64,000 nt of DNA from Candidatus Latescibacterota bacterium (GTDB taxonomy: Bacteria > Latescibacterota > UBA2968 > UBA8231): the NCBI GenBank assembly GCA_965242865.1, contig CBDETK010000013.1, positions 4,256,001 through 4,320,000 on the forward strand, in the 5' to 3' direction. The notes below the pieces were generated by a model. That model saw only the letters and a list, made by a program, of their open reading frames with translations, had not been told where the DNA came from and searched no databases. This document shows, piece by piece, positions 28,506 through 38,706 of the stretch; position 1 is the stretch's first letter, and each line of letters opens with the position of its first letter. The position numbers and the translations under genes are program-made.

Positions 28506-29570
28506 ATGGCAAAAGCGAACGGACACAGCGCAGACCGCAACAAGACCAGAGCGCTGGAACTGGCGATGTCGCAGATCGAAAAGCAGTACGGCAAGGGGTC
28601 GATTATGCGCCTCGGCGACGAGGGGGGGGTGCAAGAGGTGGAGGCGATCCCCACGGGATCGCTGGCGGTCGATGCCGCGCTGGGCATCGGCGGCTTGCCC
28701 AAGGGGCGGATCGTCGAAATATCCGGTCCAGAGGGGGCCGGCAAGACCATGCTCTCGCTGCACGTCATCCGCGAGGCGCAGAAGCAAAACGGCACCGCGG
28801 CCTTTATCGACGCCGAACACGCCCTCGACGTCAGCTTTGCCCGGCGCATTGGCGTCGATGTGGAAAACCTCATCATCTCGCAGCCGGATTCGGGCGAGCA
28901 GGCCCTCGAAATCGTCGATACCTTGGTGCGCAGCGGAGCCTTTGACATCATCGTGGTCGATTCGGTGGCCGCGCTGGTGCCGCAGGCCGAGTTGGAGGGC
29001 GACATGGGTGATTCGCACGTGGGCTTGCACGCGCGGCTCATGTCTCAGGCCCTGCGCAAGCTGGCTGGCTCGATCAACCGCTCGCACACCTGTCTGATCT
29101 TTCTCAACCAGTTGCGCATGAAGATCGGCGTGATGTTCGGCAACCCAGAGACCACCACCGGCGGGCGCGCCCTGCCGTTTTACTCCTCGGTGCGCATCGA
29201 CATCCGCCGCATCGCCCGCGTCAAAAGCGGCGACCTCGATATTGGCAATCGCACCCGGGTCAAGATCGTCAAAAACAAAGTGGCCCCCCCGTTTCGCGAA
29301 GCCGAATTCGACCTGATTTTTCACGGCGACCCAATTGGCATCTCTTGGGAGGGCGACTTGATCGACATCGGCGTTGACAAGGGGCTTATTGCCAAGAGTG
29401 GGGCTTGGTTCTCCTACAATGGCGAGCGATTGGGCCAGGGCCGCGACAACGCCCGAGTCTTTCTGCGCGACAATGCAACCGTGGCCACGGAGATAGAGCA
29501 CAAACTGCGCGTCGAGTTGGGGCTTGAGGTGGCGGTCGGGCGCGACGAGGCCAACAAGGCGGACGAATAG
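28506..29570 (+). CDS. recA: Recombinase A
   Basis: [69 protein letters not shown]. Confidence 0.98.
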   Translation: MAKANGHSADRNKTRALELAMSQIEKQYGKGSIMRLGDEGGVQEVEAIPTGSLAVDAALGIGGLPKGRIVEISGPEGAGKTMLSLHVIREAQKQNGTAAFIDAEHALDVSFARRIGVDVENLIISQPDSGEQALEIVDTLVRSGAFDIIVVDSVAALVPQAELEGDMGDSHVGLHARLMSQALRKLAGSINRSHTCLIFLNQLRMKIGVMFGNPETTTGGRALPFYSSVRIDIRRIARVKSGDLDIGNRTRVKIVKNKVAPPFREAEFDLIFHGDPIGISWEGDLIDIGVDKGLIAKSGAWFSYNGERLGQGRDNARVFLRDNATVATEIEHKLRVELGLEVAVGRDEANKADE

Positions 29571-30058
29571 TGGACGACCCACGGCAAAAGGCCAAGGACG
29601 CGGCCTATCGCTATCTCAGCTATAGAGCGCGGTCTGTCGCCGAGGTGCGCGACAAGCTAAGGGAGAAGGGCTTTGCCGCCGAAACGGTCGCCGCGACGAT
29701 TGCCGACTTACAGCGCCAGCAGCTCCTCGACGACCGCGAGTTTGCCCGGCGCTGGGTCGAGGCGCGGCTACAGCGGGTCAATGGCGCACGCAAGCTGGCC
29801 CACGATCTCCGGGGCAAAGGCGTGGCCGCCGGCGTAGTGGACGAGGTCCTCGCCGAGTTCGCCCCAATGCTCGCTGCGGGCGAACAGGCGGTCGAGCTGC
29901 TAACCAAGCAGGCTTGGCGCTACCGGGGCTTGACGCCCGACAAAGCCAAGCGTCGGATGCTGGGCTTTTTGGCCCGGCGCGGTTGCGAGGAGGAAATGGC
30001 TAGGGCCGCGGTCGAACAGGTTTGGAAGGAGCTGGAGAATGAAGTCGAGGGAGATTAG
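29570..30058 (+). CDS. recX: Regulatory protein RecX
   Basis: Directly after recA; YLSYRARSVAEVRDKL, LLDDREFA, L..KGV, FLARRG. Confidence 0.9.
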   Translation: MDDPRQKAKDAAYRYLSYRARSVAEVRDKLREKGFAAETVAATIADLQRQQLLDDREFARRWVEARLQRVNGARKLAHDLRGKGVAAGVVDEVLAEFAPMLAAGEQAVELLTKQAWRYRGLTPDKAKRRMLGFLARRGCEEEMARAAVEQVWKELENEVEGD

Positions 30059-32648
30059 AGAGACGTTCCTGCGGTTTTTTGAAGACAAGGGGCACGTGCG
30101 CGTCCCGAGCGCCCCGGTCGTGCCCCAAGACGACCCCACGCTCTATTTCACCAACGCCGGCATGAACCAGTTCAAAGATGTCTTTTTGGGCTTGGGCCGG
30201 CGCGACTACACCCGGGCGGTCGATACGCAGAAGGTCGTGCGGGTCTCGGGCAAGCACAACGACCTCGACGAAGTCGGCTACAGCCCTTGGCACCACACCT
30301 TCTTTGAGATGCTGGGCAACTGGTCCTTTGGCGACTACTTCAAAAAAGAGGCCATTGAGTGGGGTTGGGAGTTGATCACCGAGCACTTTGGCTTGGACAA
30401 GGAGCGGCTGTGGGCCACCGTCTTTGTCGGCGACGACGCGGTGGAAGCCGATGGGGAAGCCGAAGCCCTCTGGTACGAATGCACTGACTTGCGCCCGGGC
30501 CGCGTCGTTCGCCTGCCGGCCAAGGAAAACTTCTGGGAAATGGGCGCGACCGGCCCCTGCGGCCCCTGCTCCGAGATTCACTACTACTGGGGCGATGATT
30601 TAGCCGCGCAGGACCGCCGCATGATCCTCGACGACACGGGCGATCTGGTCGAGATCTGGAACTTGGTGTTCATCCAGTACAACCGCGACGAGACCGGGAC
30701 GCTGCACCCCCTGCCGGAAAAGCACGTGGATACCGGCATGGGCTTTGAGCGGATGTGCAGCCTCCTGCAAGGGACCGCGAGCAACTACGAGACCGATGTC
30801 TTTCAGCCGCTCATCGGGCGCATCGGGGAACTGACGGGCCAAGAGTACAGCGGCGAGCACCGCATCCCCATGCAGGTCGTGGCCGATCACGTGCGCACCC
30901 TCAGCTTTGCCATGGCCGACGGCGTGATGCCCGCCAACGAGGGCCGAGGGTACGTCCTGCGCCGCATCTTGCGCCGCGCCGCGCGCTATGCCCGCCAGCT
31001 CGACCAGCCCGGCCCCTTCATTCACCAGCTCGTCGGCACGTTGAGCGAAACCATGGGCCACGTCTTCCCAGAGGTCGCGGCGCGGAAAGACCACATCGCG
31101 GGAGTCATCCGCGCCGAGGAGGAGAGTTTTGGCAAGACGCTCGACCGCGGCTTGGACATCTTCGCGCGATTCGCCGCGAAGGGGCAGATCACCGGCGCGG
31201 ACGTCTTCCACCTCTACGACACCTACGGCTTTCCCCGGGACCTAACCGAGCTCATGGCCCGCGAACAGGGAATCCCGGTACAAGAGCCGGAGGGATACGA
31301 CCGTGCGCTCGCGGCCCAACGGCAGCGCTCGCGCCAAGCCACCCGCACCCAGTTTAGCGCGACCGAAGGCGTCGGCCATACCTTGGCGGCGGAGCATTCG
31401 CTCTTCGTCGGCTACGACGAGTTGGAGGCAGAAGCGCAGGTCGTACATGCCGAAGGAGACGCCGATGGCCGGGTGCGGCTCGTGCTAGATCGCACCCCTT
31501 TCTACGCCGAGGCCGGGGGCCAAGTCGGCGACCGCGGGCGCATTGAGGGCCAAGGTTTTGTCGTCGAGATCGACGATGTCCAGAAGGGGCGCGGCGGCAT
31601 CGTCCACCAAGGGCGTCTAGTGGAAGGCGAAGCCGAGGCGTTGACCGGTGCCGTGGCGGCCCGCGTCCATCGCCAAGCCCGCATAGACGCCGCACGCAAC
31701 CACACGGCCACCCACTTGTTGCACGAGTCGCTGCGGCGGACGCTCGGCGACCACGTAGGGCAGATGGGTTCGCTGGTCGCGCCAGACCGCTTGCGCTTTG
31801 ACTTTTCGCATTTCGCCGCGGTCGCGCCGGAGCAGTTGCGCGAAATCGAACAGCGAGTCAACGAGCAGATTCGCGCCGATCTAGCGGTGAGCACCTTCCA
31901 AGAAGAGTTGGAAAAAGCCAAAGCCATGGGGGCGCAGGCACTCTTCGGCGAAAAATACGAGGCCCAAGTCCGCGTAGTGCAGATCGGCGACTTCAGCCTA
32001 GAGCTATGCGGTGGCACCCACGTGCGCTCGACCGGCGAGATCGGCGCGTTCGATTTGGTCGCCGAAAGCGGCATTGCCGCGGGCGTCCGCCGCAGCGAGG
32101 CATTGACCGGCGCGGGTGCCGAGCGCGTCGCCCACCAGCGGCGGCAGGTATTGGCCGACTTGGGCACCCGACTCAACGCCGCGCCCGAAGCACTCGCCGA
32201 CAAAATCGAGGCCCTCTTGGGGCGCAATCGCCAGTTGGAGCGCACCCTCGACGAATTGCGGCGTCGAGTGGCCGCGCTAGAGACGAGCGACCTGTCGAGT
32301 GGAGCATGCCAAGTGCAAGGGGTTGCGGTCGTGGCGCGGCGCACCCAAGCAGAGGACGTGCCCAGCCTGCGGACCATGGCCGACGGATTGCGCGAGAGCT
32401 TGGGGTCCGGGGTCGGCGTCTTGGGGGCGGATATCGGCGGCAAGGTTTCCTTTGTCGCCGTTGTCACCGACGACTTAATTGCAGGCCGAGGGCTAAAGGC
32501 CGGCGACATTGTGCGCAGCGTGGCCCAGCTCGCCGGCGGGTCGGGAGGCGGCAAGGCGCACTTGGCCCAAGCCGGCGGACGCGACCCAGACAAACTCGAC
32601 GCAGCCCTCAACCAAGTGGCGCGCATCGTCGAGCAGCAGCTAACCTAG
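30039..32648 (+). CDS. alaS: Alanine--tRNA ligase
   Basis: FTNAGMNQFK, HHTFFEMLGNWSFGDYFK, DTGMGFER, TPFYAE.GGQVGD, NHTATHLLH, ELCGGTHV, GGGK...AQAGG. Confidence 0.98.
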   Translation: MKSREIRETFLRFFEDKGHVRVPSAPVVPQDDPTLYFTNAGMNQFKDVFLGLGRRDYTRAVDTQKVVRVSGKHNDLDEVGYSPWHHTFFEMLGNWSFGDYFKKEAIEWGWELITEHFGLDKERLWATVFVGDDAVEADGEAEALWYECTDLRPGRVVRLPAKENFWEMGATGPCGPCSEIHYYWGDDLAAQDRRMILDDTGDLVEIWNLVFIQYNRDETGTLHPLPEKHVDTGMGFERMCSLLQGTASNYETDVFQPLIGRIGELTGQEYSGEHRIPMQVVADHVRTLSFAMADGVMPANEGRGYVLRRILRRAARYARQLDQPGPFIHQLVGTLSETMGHVFPEVAARKDHIAGVIRAEEESFGKTLDRGLDIFARFAAKGQITGADVFHLYDTYGFPRDLTELMAREQGIPVQEPEGYDRALAAQRQRSRQATRTQFSATEGVGHTLAAEHSLFVGYDELEAEAQVVHAEGDADGRVRLVLDRTPFYAEAGGQVGDRGRIEGQGFVVEIDDVQKGRGGIVHQGRLVEGEAEALTGAVAARVHRQARIDAARNHTATHLLHESLRRTLGDHVGQMGSLVAPDRLRFDFSHFAAVAPEQLREIEQRVNEQIRADLAVSTFQEELEKAKAMGAQALFGEKYEAQVRVVQIGDFSLELCGGTHVRSTGEIGAFDLVAESGIAAGVRRSEALTGAGAERVAHQRRQVLADLGTRLNAAPEALADKIEALLGRNRQLERTLDELRRRVAALETSDLSSGACQVQGVAVVARRTQAEDVPSLRTMADGLRESLGSGVGVLGADIGGKVSFVAVVTDDLIAGRGLKAGDIVRSVAQLAGGSGGGKAHLAQAGGRDPDKLDAALNQVARIVEQQLT

Positions 32649-32659
32649 ACGAGCTCTTT

Positions 32660-33406
32660 GTGACTAGCAGGGTATTGCAGCACCTATTGGACAGCCGCCA
32701 GCGGCGCGGCGCGGGCTACCTGCCCCTGCTGGACCCCGATCGGTTGGAGCTCGACGAATTGGAGGAGCGCGCCCAGCGTTGCGTTGTGGCCGGGGCCGAC
32801 GCCATCCTCATCGGCACGAGCCTGATGTTCTCGTCGCGCAATGCGGTCTGCTTCGAGCGCGTCCGGGCGAAGGTCAATGTGCCGGTGATCAGCTTTCCCG
32901 GCAGCGCGGGCCAGATGGTGCCGACGGCCGATGCCATCCTCTTCCTGTCGCTGGTGAGCGGGCGCAACCCCGAGTTCCTGATCGGCGAACACGTCAAGGC
33001 CGCCCCGTTAATCCGCGAGTACGGCATTGAGACCATCCCCACCGGATACATGCTGGTCGAGTCCGGGACCCTGACGTCCGTAGAGTTTATGAGCGATACC
33101 CGGCCCATTCCGCGCAACAAGCTCGACATTGCCATGGCCCACGCCTTGGCGGCCCAATACTTGGGCATGCAGCTCATTTACCTAGAGACCGGCAGCGGCG
33201 CGTGTGCTGCGGTGCCCGACGACATGGTGAGCGCGGTGGCCGGTTGCGTCTCCGTGCCGGTCGTCGTCGGCGGCGGCATTCGCGACCCAAAGGTGGCGCG
33301 GGCCAAGGTGGAGGCCGGCGCGGATTTCGTGGTCACGGGCAGCGTCGTCGAAGACGATCAGCAGCGCCTGTGTGCCCTCAGTCGAGCAGTCCACGCGAAA
33401 GAGTGA
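32660..33406 (+). CDS. Geranylgeranylglyceryl phosphate synthase family protein (group II-like)
   Basis: LLDPD, FPGS, ADAILFLSLVSGRNPEFLIG, IPTGYMLV, YLETGSGA, VGGGIR, VVTG; GTG at 32660. Confidence 0.9.
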   Translation: MTSRVLQHLLDSRQRRGAGYLPLLDPDRLELDELEERAQRCVVAGADAILIGTSLMFSSRNAVCFERVRAKVNVPVISFPGSAGQMVPTADAILFLSLVSGRNPEFLIGEHVKAAPLIREYGIETIPTGYMLVESGTLTSVEFMSDTRPIPRNKLDIAMAHALAAQYLGMQLIYLETGSGACAAVPDDMVSAVAGCVSVPVVVGGGIRDPKVARAKVEAGADFVVTGSVVEDDQQRLCALSRAVHAKE

Positions 33407-33407
33407 T

Positions 33408-33434
33408 CTGGATTCCCGCTGTTGCGGGAATGAC
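33408..33434. repeat. Short intergenic palindrome of ATTCCC-N8-GGGAAT type (REP/dRS3-like)
   Basis: CTGGATTCCCGCTGTTGCGGGAATGAC directly after the stop codon. Confidence 0.6.
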
Positions 33435-33518
33435 TCTTCACAGGCAAAGAGACGGTGCCGATGAACACATTCCATGCTTTTAAGTCATTTAGGACTGCTA
33501 TAGGAGTAGCAAGAGGCC

Positions 33519-33785
33519 ATGGTTGAAAAGACGGCCACGATCAACAATCCGCTAGGCATTCACGCTCGTCCGGCCGCGCTCTTGGTGCAGACAGCGGCGC
33601 AATTCAAGGCCGAGATTTATCTGTCCAAAGGCGATGTCGATGGGGTCAACGGCAAGAGCATCATGGGCGTGATGATGCTGGCGGCCGAGCAAGGGGCCCA
33701 AGTTGCGGTGCGGGCCGAGGGCGAGGACGAGGGCGCGGCTGTCGAGGCCATGGTCTCCCTGCTGGAGAGCACATTCGAGGGATAA
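33519..33785 (+). CDS. ptsH: Phosphocarrier protein HPr
   Basis: GIHARPAA (His15) and NGKSIMGVMML (Ser46). Confidence 0.95.
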   Translation: MVEKTATINNPLGIHARPAALLVQTAAQFKAEIYLSKGDVDGVNGKSIMGVMMLAAEQGAQVAVRAEGEDEGAAVEAMVSLLESTFEG

Positions 33786-33787
33786 AC

Positions 33788-35554
33788 TTGACCACGACCA
33801 GCACCCATAAGGTTTTCAATGGTATATGCGTCTCCCCCGGCATTGGCATTGGCCGAGCGTTCGCCTACCACAAGCGGGCTCCGGTCATCACCCGCCGGCG
33901 CGTGGCGCAGCACCTCGTTGAGGAGGAGGTCGAGCGCTTTCGCAACATACTCCACCAAGCGGGCGACGAAATCCGGCGCATTCGCCGCTGGGTCGCCAGT
34001 GAGCAGGGCGAGGAGCTGGCGCAGATGTTCGACGCCCAACTCGCTATGCTAGAGGACCCATCCATCAAAGCGCAGACCGAGGCCTTGATACGCGAAGAAC
34101 ACTATTCGGCCGAGCGAGCGTACGCCGAGGAGTTGGAGAAAGTCAAAGAGGCCTTCGGCAACATTGAAAACGAATACCTGCGGGCGCGGATTAGCGATGT
34201 GGTAGATATCGAAAATCAGGTGTTGATGCGATTGGCCGGGGGCGAGGTCAAGGCGCTCGATTCGCTCCGCGCCAACGCGATCATCCTCGCGCACGACTTG
34301 CTGCCCTCGGAGATGGTGCGCCTAGAGCGCCGCCGGATCAAAGGCGTGGTGCTCGACGCTGGCGGCGCCGCGTCGCACGCAGCCATCATCGCTCGCTCGT
34401 TGCAGTTGCCCACGGTCGTCGGCACCGGCGATTGTTCGCGCCAAGTAACCGATGGCGACTTGGTCGTCGTTGATGGCAACGAAGGCCAGGTCCACCTGCG
34501 GCCCGATTCCCGCGGCGAGCGGCGCTATCGAGCGCGTCGCCGGCGTCAGCTCCGGCGCGAACGCACCTTGGAGCGGCGGCGCAACTTGCCCGCGGTCACC
34601 CGAGACGGGCAAGAAATCGCATTGATGGCCAACGTCGATGTGCAGACCGAAGTGCAGATGGCGCTCGACCACGGCGCTCGCGGCGTGGGCATGTACCGCA
34701 CCGAGTTTTTGTATCTCAATTACCGCTTGCCCGCTGAGGAGGAACAATTCAAGGTCTATTCCTCGATCGTCGAATCGCTGGCCCCGCATCCCGTGGTGAT
34801 CCGCACCATGGACTTGGGAGGAGACAAGCTGTCCCACGTCTTGGAGGTGCAGCCCGAAGCCAATCCCTTCTTGGGGTGGCGCGGCATCCGCATTTGCCTC
34901 GATGCCCCCGAGCTGTTCCAGACCCAGTTGCGCGCCCTGCTGAGGGCCGGCCTGCACGGCGAGGCTCAAATTTTGTTGCCGATGATATCGAGCTTGAACG
35001 AGCTGCGGCGCATCCGGGTGCTCGTGGAGGAAACCAAAGACGAGCTCCGCGCGGCCGGGCAGCCCTTTGCCGAGCATTGCAAGTTGGGCATCATGGTCGA
35101 AGTGCCGTCCGTGGCTTTGATGGCCGATCGCTTTGCCGGCGAAGTCGATTTTTTCAGCCTCGGCACCAACGATCTAACCCAATACGCGCTGGCGGTCGAT
35201 CGGGGCATGAGCAAAGTGGCGTGGCTCTACGACCCGTTTCACCCGGCGGTCTTGCGCTTGATCAAGATGGTCACCGACAGCGGCCAGCGCACCAACACCC
35301 CCGTGAGCATCTGCGGCGAGATGGCCGGTGACCCCTTGGCCACGACGCTCTTGCTCGGGCTCGGGCTGGATTGTCTGAGCCTAAGCCCCGGGCTCATCCC
35401 GGAAGTCAAGGAGGTCATTCGCCTCATCCGCGCGGAGAAGGCGCGGCAGATCGCCGACGAGTGCTTGGCCATGGACACCGGGGCCGAAGTGCGCCAGCAC
35501 TTGGAGGATACCGTCGGCGAGTACATGCCCTTCTGGCACCATAAGTCTCAGTGA
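33788..35554 (+). CDS. ptsI: PTS enzyme I
   Basis: [55 protein letters not shown]. Confidence 0.96.
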   Translation: MTTTSTHKVFNGICVSPGIGIGRAFAYHKRAPVITRRRVAQHLVEEEVERFRNILHQAGDEIRRIRRWVASEQGEELAQMFDAQLAMLEDPSIKAQTEALIREEHYSAERAYAEELEKVKEAFGNIENEYLRARISDVVDIENQVLMRLAGGEVKALDSLRANAIILAHDLLPSEMVRLERRRIKGVVLDAGGAASHAAIIARSLQLPTVVGTGDCSRQVTDGDLVVVDGNEGQVHLRPDSRGERRYRARRRRQLRRERTLERRRNLPAVTRDGQEIALMANVDVQTEVQMALDHGARGVGMYRTEFLYLNYRLPAEEEQFKVYSSIVESLAPHPVVIRTMDLGGDKLSHVLEVQPEANPFLGWRGIRICLDAPELFQTQLRALLRAGLHGEAQILLPMISSLNELRRIRVLVEETKDELRAAGQPFAEHCKLGIMVEVPSVALMADRFAGEVDFFSLGTNDLTQYALAVDRGMSKVAWLYDPFHPAVLRLIKMVTDSGQRTNTPVSICGEMAGDPLATTLLLGLGLDCLSLSPGLIPEVKEVIRLIRAEKARQIADECLAMDTGAEVRQHLEDTVGEYMPFWHHKSQ

Positions 35555-35573
35555 AGGAGCGCGAGAATACACC

Positions 35574-36740
35574 ATGTCCAAATCCATGTTTACTTCCGAA
35601 TCCGTGTCCGAGGGGCACCCCGACAAAGTCGCCGACCAGATTTCCGACGCCGTCCTCGACGCCATGCTCGTCGAGGACCCCAACGCCCGGGTCGCCTGCG
35701 AGGCCCTCGTCACCACCGACCGAGTGGTCGTTGCCGGCGAGGTTAGAAGCAAGGCGCGCCTAGACGTTGAGGCCCTCGTCCGGCAGGTCATCGCCGATAT
35801 TGGCTACTGCGAGCCCGGGCAGGGCTTTGACTTTCGCTCGTGCAAAATCCTCGTGGCCTTGGGCCAGCAATCGCCCGATATAGCCCAAGGCGTCAACGCG
35901 GGCGAGGGGCTGCACAAGGAAGAGGGCGCGGGCGACCAAGGCATGATGTTTGGCTATGCCTGCCGCGAAACCCCGCAGCTCATGCCGCTGCCCATCATCC
36001 TCGCGCACGGGCTTATGCAGCGCCTGACGCGGCTGCGCCAAGGCGCGAACATTCCCTATCTGCGGCCGGACGCCAAGTCGCAAGTCACGGTCGAGTACGA
36101 CGGCGATCAGCCCGTGCGCGTAGGAGCCGTAGTCCTCTCGACCCAGCACGCCCCCGAGGCCCAGCACGCGCAGATCGAACAGGACATGATCGAGCAGGTC
36201 ATAAAAGAGGTAATCCCCGCCCGGCTGCTCGACGACGACACCCAATACCACGTCAATCCCACGGGTCGCTTCGTCATCGGGGGGCCGCCCGGCGACTGCG
36301 GATTGACTGGCCGCAAGATCATCGTCGATACGTACGGGGGCGCGTGTCCGCACGGCGGCGGAGCCTTTTCCGGCAAGGACCCCAGCAAGGTGGACCGCAG
36401 TGCCCACTACATGGCGCGCTACGTGGCCAAAAACGTGGTGGCCGCCCGCTTGGCCGCCCGCTGCCAAGTGCAACTGGCGTATGCCATTGGCGTGGCCGCG
36501 CCCGTATCTGTGCGGGTCGATACCTTTGGCACGGGCGTCGCGCCCGACGCGGAGATCGCCGCGGCCGTGCCCAAGGTGTTCGGCCTAACGCCCAAGGGCA
36601 TCATCGAGGCCCTTCAATTGAGGCGACCCATCTACCGAAAGACCACCAACTACGGCCACTTTGGACGCGAGGAACCCGAGTTCGTCTGGGAACGGACCGA
36701 CAAGGCCGAGTCGTTGCGTGGGGCCGTGGGGAGCAAATAG
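35574..36740 (+). CDS. metK: S-adenosylmethionine synthetase
   Basis: [49 protein letters not shown]. Confidence 0.98.
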   Translation: MSKSMFTSESVSEGHPDKVADQISDAVLDAMLVEDPNARVACEALVTTDRVVVAGEVRSKARLDVEALVRQVIADIGYCEPGQGFDFRSCKILVALGQQSPDIAQGVNAGEGLHKEEGAGDQGMMFGYACRETPQLMPLPIILAHGLMQRLTRLRQGANIPYLRPDAKSQVTVEYDGDQPVRVGAVVLSTQHAPEAQHAQIEQDMIEQVIKEVIPARLLDDDTQYHVNPTGRFVIGGPPGDCGLTGRKIIVDTYGGACPHGGGAFSGKDPSKVDRSAHYMARYVAKNVVAARLAARCQVQLAYAIGVAAPVSVRVDTFGTGVAPDAEIAAAVPKVFGLTPKGIIEALQLRRPIYRKTTNYGHFGREEPEFVWERTDKAESLRGAVGSK

Positions 36741-36804
36741 ATTCCGGGAAGGCGGGTCGCTGGTGTCGTGTACTTAGAGGGCCATAACACAAAAGGAGAA
36801 AATC

Positions 36805-38613
36805 GTGAAAGTTGGTAAGCAGTTTATTGCAGTCTTTTTTGGCGTCGTCCTCACTTGCTTCGTCTATTCTTGCGAGAGCACCGACGATGGTTCGCCTACG
36901 GGTCCGATGCGTTCCGCCAAGCTGTCTAAATCTGGAGCGCAACCCAACTCAACCTCCCAGCGGAGAGCCGCTCGCGCCCACGCAGAACTGGAGCGCGCTC
37001 TATCGGACATTTACGATGCCAGCGAAGTTGACCTCGACCGCATTGACTTCTCCGAAGCCGACCGGCTCTACCGTTGGGCCATCTCCGCCGATCCGAGTAA
37101 TACTGAAGCCCAATTCGGTGCAGCGATTACCCGCTTGCTGGTCCTCGCCCTCAACGAGGATGTGCGTGCCGTCCAAGATTCGCTTGATGCCTACGTAGAT
37201 GGCGCGGCCGTTGGCGGGGTATTCCTCAGCTATCTGGATCTCGCCGCCACCACAGAGGCCGCTGGCAAGCTGCCGCTAATGACCGCTAAAATGACCCAAG
37301 AAGCCATAACGAACCCTCGCAAGGTCAGCGACTTTCAGGAGACGATCGCCGAGGAGATTCTGCCGGCCATTGACTATTCCTTGGAACGCCTCCAGATCGT
37401 CGAGGGCGACCTCGGTTTTACCTTTGAATTGACGCCGAAAATGCAGGGGGACGAATACGAGGAGGCGCGCGAAATTGACTTGGGCGAAGCCTATATGATT
37501 GACGCCCAACTCCGCTTACTCAAAGCCATCTTTCAAGTGGCCCTCGCCTATAATTTCGATTTCGAGGACAACGGTAGCTATGGATTTTTCGACGACGACA
37601 GCGATGAGAATCTCCTGCGGCAAATGGAGCGTCTAGGCAAGACAGGCCCTTTTATGACGCTGCGATCGCCCGACGCCATGCGCGATGCCAAAGCTTCAAT
37701 TTTGACGGCGATTGACAAAATTGAGGAGGGGCTGGGAGCCATTCGCATCGAGACCGACGACCAAGACGATGATATCATCCTCGCGGAAGACCTCGACGAC
37801 TTAGACGACCAAATTGACCTTTCGGACCGAGACGACTTTCCGGTCTTTTTCCGCGGAATCCGCTCCGTCAACACCGCCTTGCGCAAGGCCCGCCAAATCC
37901 TTGAAGGCACCGTCTGAATTGAAGCCAACTTCGACGGCGACGCGTACACGCCCAAACAGACTGTGATTTTCGATGTCGGCCAATTCTTCGACAATCCGGT
38001 TGAGGACTTGCGGACCTTACTGCCTTACCACACTTGGCATCTCGACCGGCTGCAAAATCGCAACTTTGCCGACGAGTTGGTATTGACCGACGCTGCGGGC
38101 AACGCTTTGGAGGACTCTCCACCGTTGGTCTTTCCCGACCCGTCCTTTGGCGGCGTTTTCAGCAATATCAGCACCAACGATCAGGCCCTCGACCTCTTCG
38201 GCATAAACGACGCCAACCACAATCAAAAGGACCTACTCTACGAACTTGGCCTAATTCGCTGGCGCGACGGAGGCATCGTCGTTACCAATAGAGCCCCGGC
38301 CGCTGTTGAGGTGAGCTACTCCGGCGAGTTGGTGAGAAACACGAGTCTGGAGTTCCACAGCGTGACCGTGAGGCGCTGGACCACGGGTCTAGACGTGGTG
38401 CGCAGCGAATTTGGCCGGCCGTTCAAGGGTGGGCGTTGGATGGGTCTAAATATTCTGAAAGACGGCAGATACATCTTCGACGAATGGTTGTGGCTGTGGA
38501 CCGAGGGAAATGCTTACGTCACCATTTACGACGACCGCTTGACCATTGATGTGCCGGAGGATTACCACACGCCTTGGGATGTGTACGGGTCCTACATTCT
38601 CGAATTGCCTTGA
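36805..38613 (+). pseudogene. Acidic hypothetical lipoprotein interrupted by one in-frame TGA (37915-37917); pseudogene or read-through
   Basis: ORFs 36805-37917 and 37963-38613 share a frame; the gap reads open (IEANFDGDAYTPKQT) with no SD; SD AGGAG and lipobox-like VYSC at the 5' end. Confidence 0.6.
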
Positions 38614-38657
38614 AGTGGGGACCGATGCTCTTTGAGGTGGCGTTCCCGGTTATTTTA

Positions 38658-38706
38658 CGCGGGTCGTATTCCCTCGTGGGTGTGCGACCCGCGCTCCTTC
38701 TTTTTT
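38658..38706 (+). terminator. Probable intrinsic terminator
   Basis: CGCGGGTCGTA / TGCGACCCGCG stem followed by a pyrimidine/T run. Confidence 0.6.

Noticed and set aside
37915-37917. Alternative genetic code (TGA as sense)
   Set aside because: Conserved genes such as dnaX, ptsI, ilvE and cusA end at TGA at the expected positions
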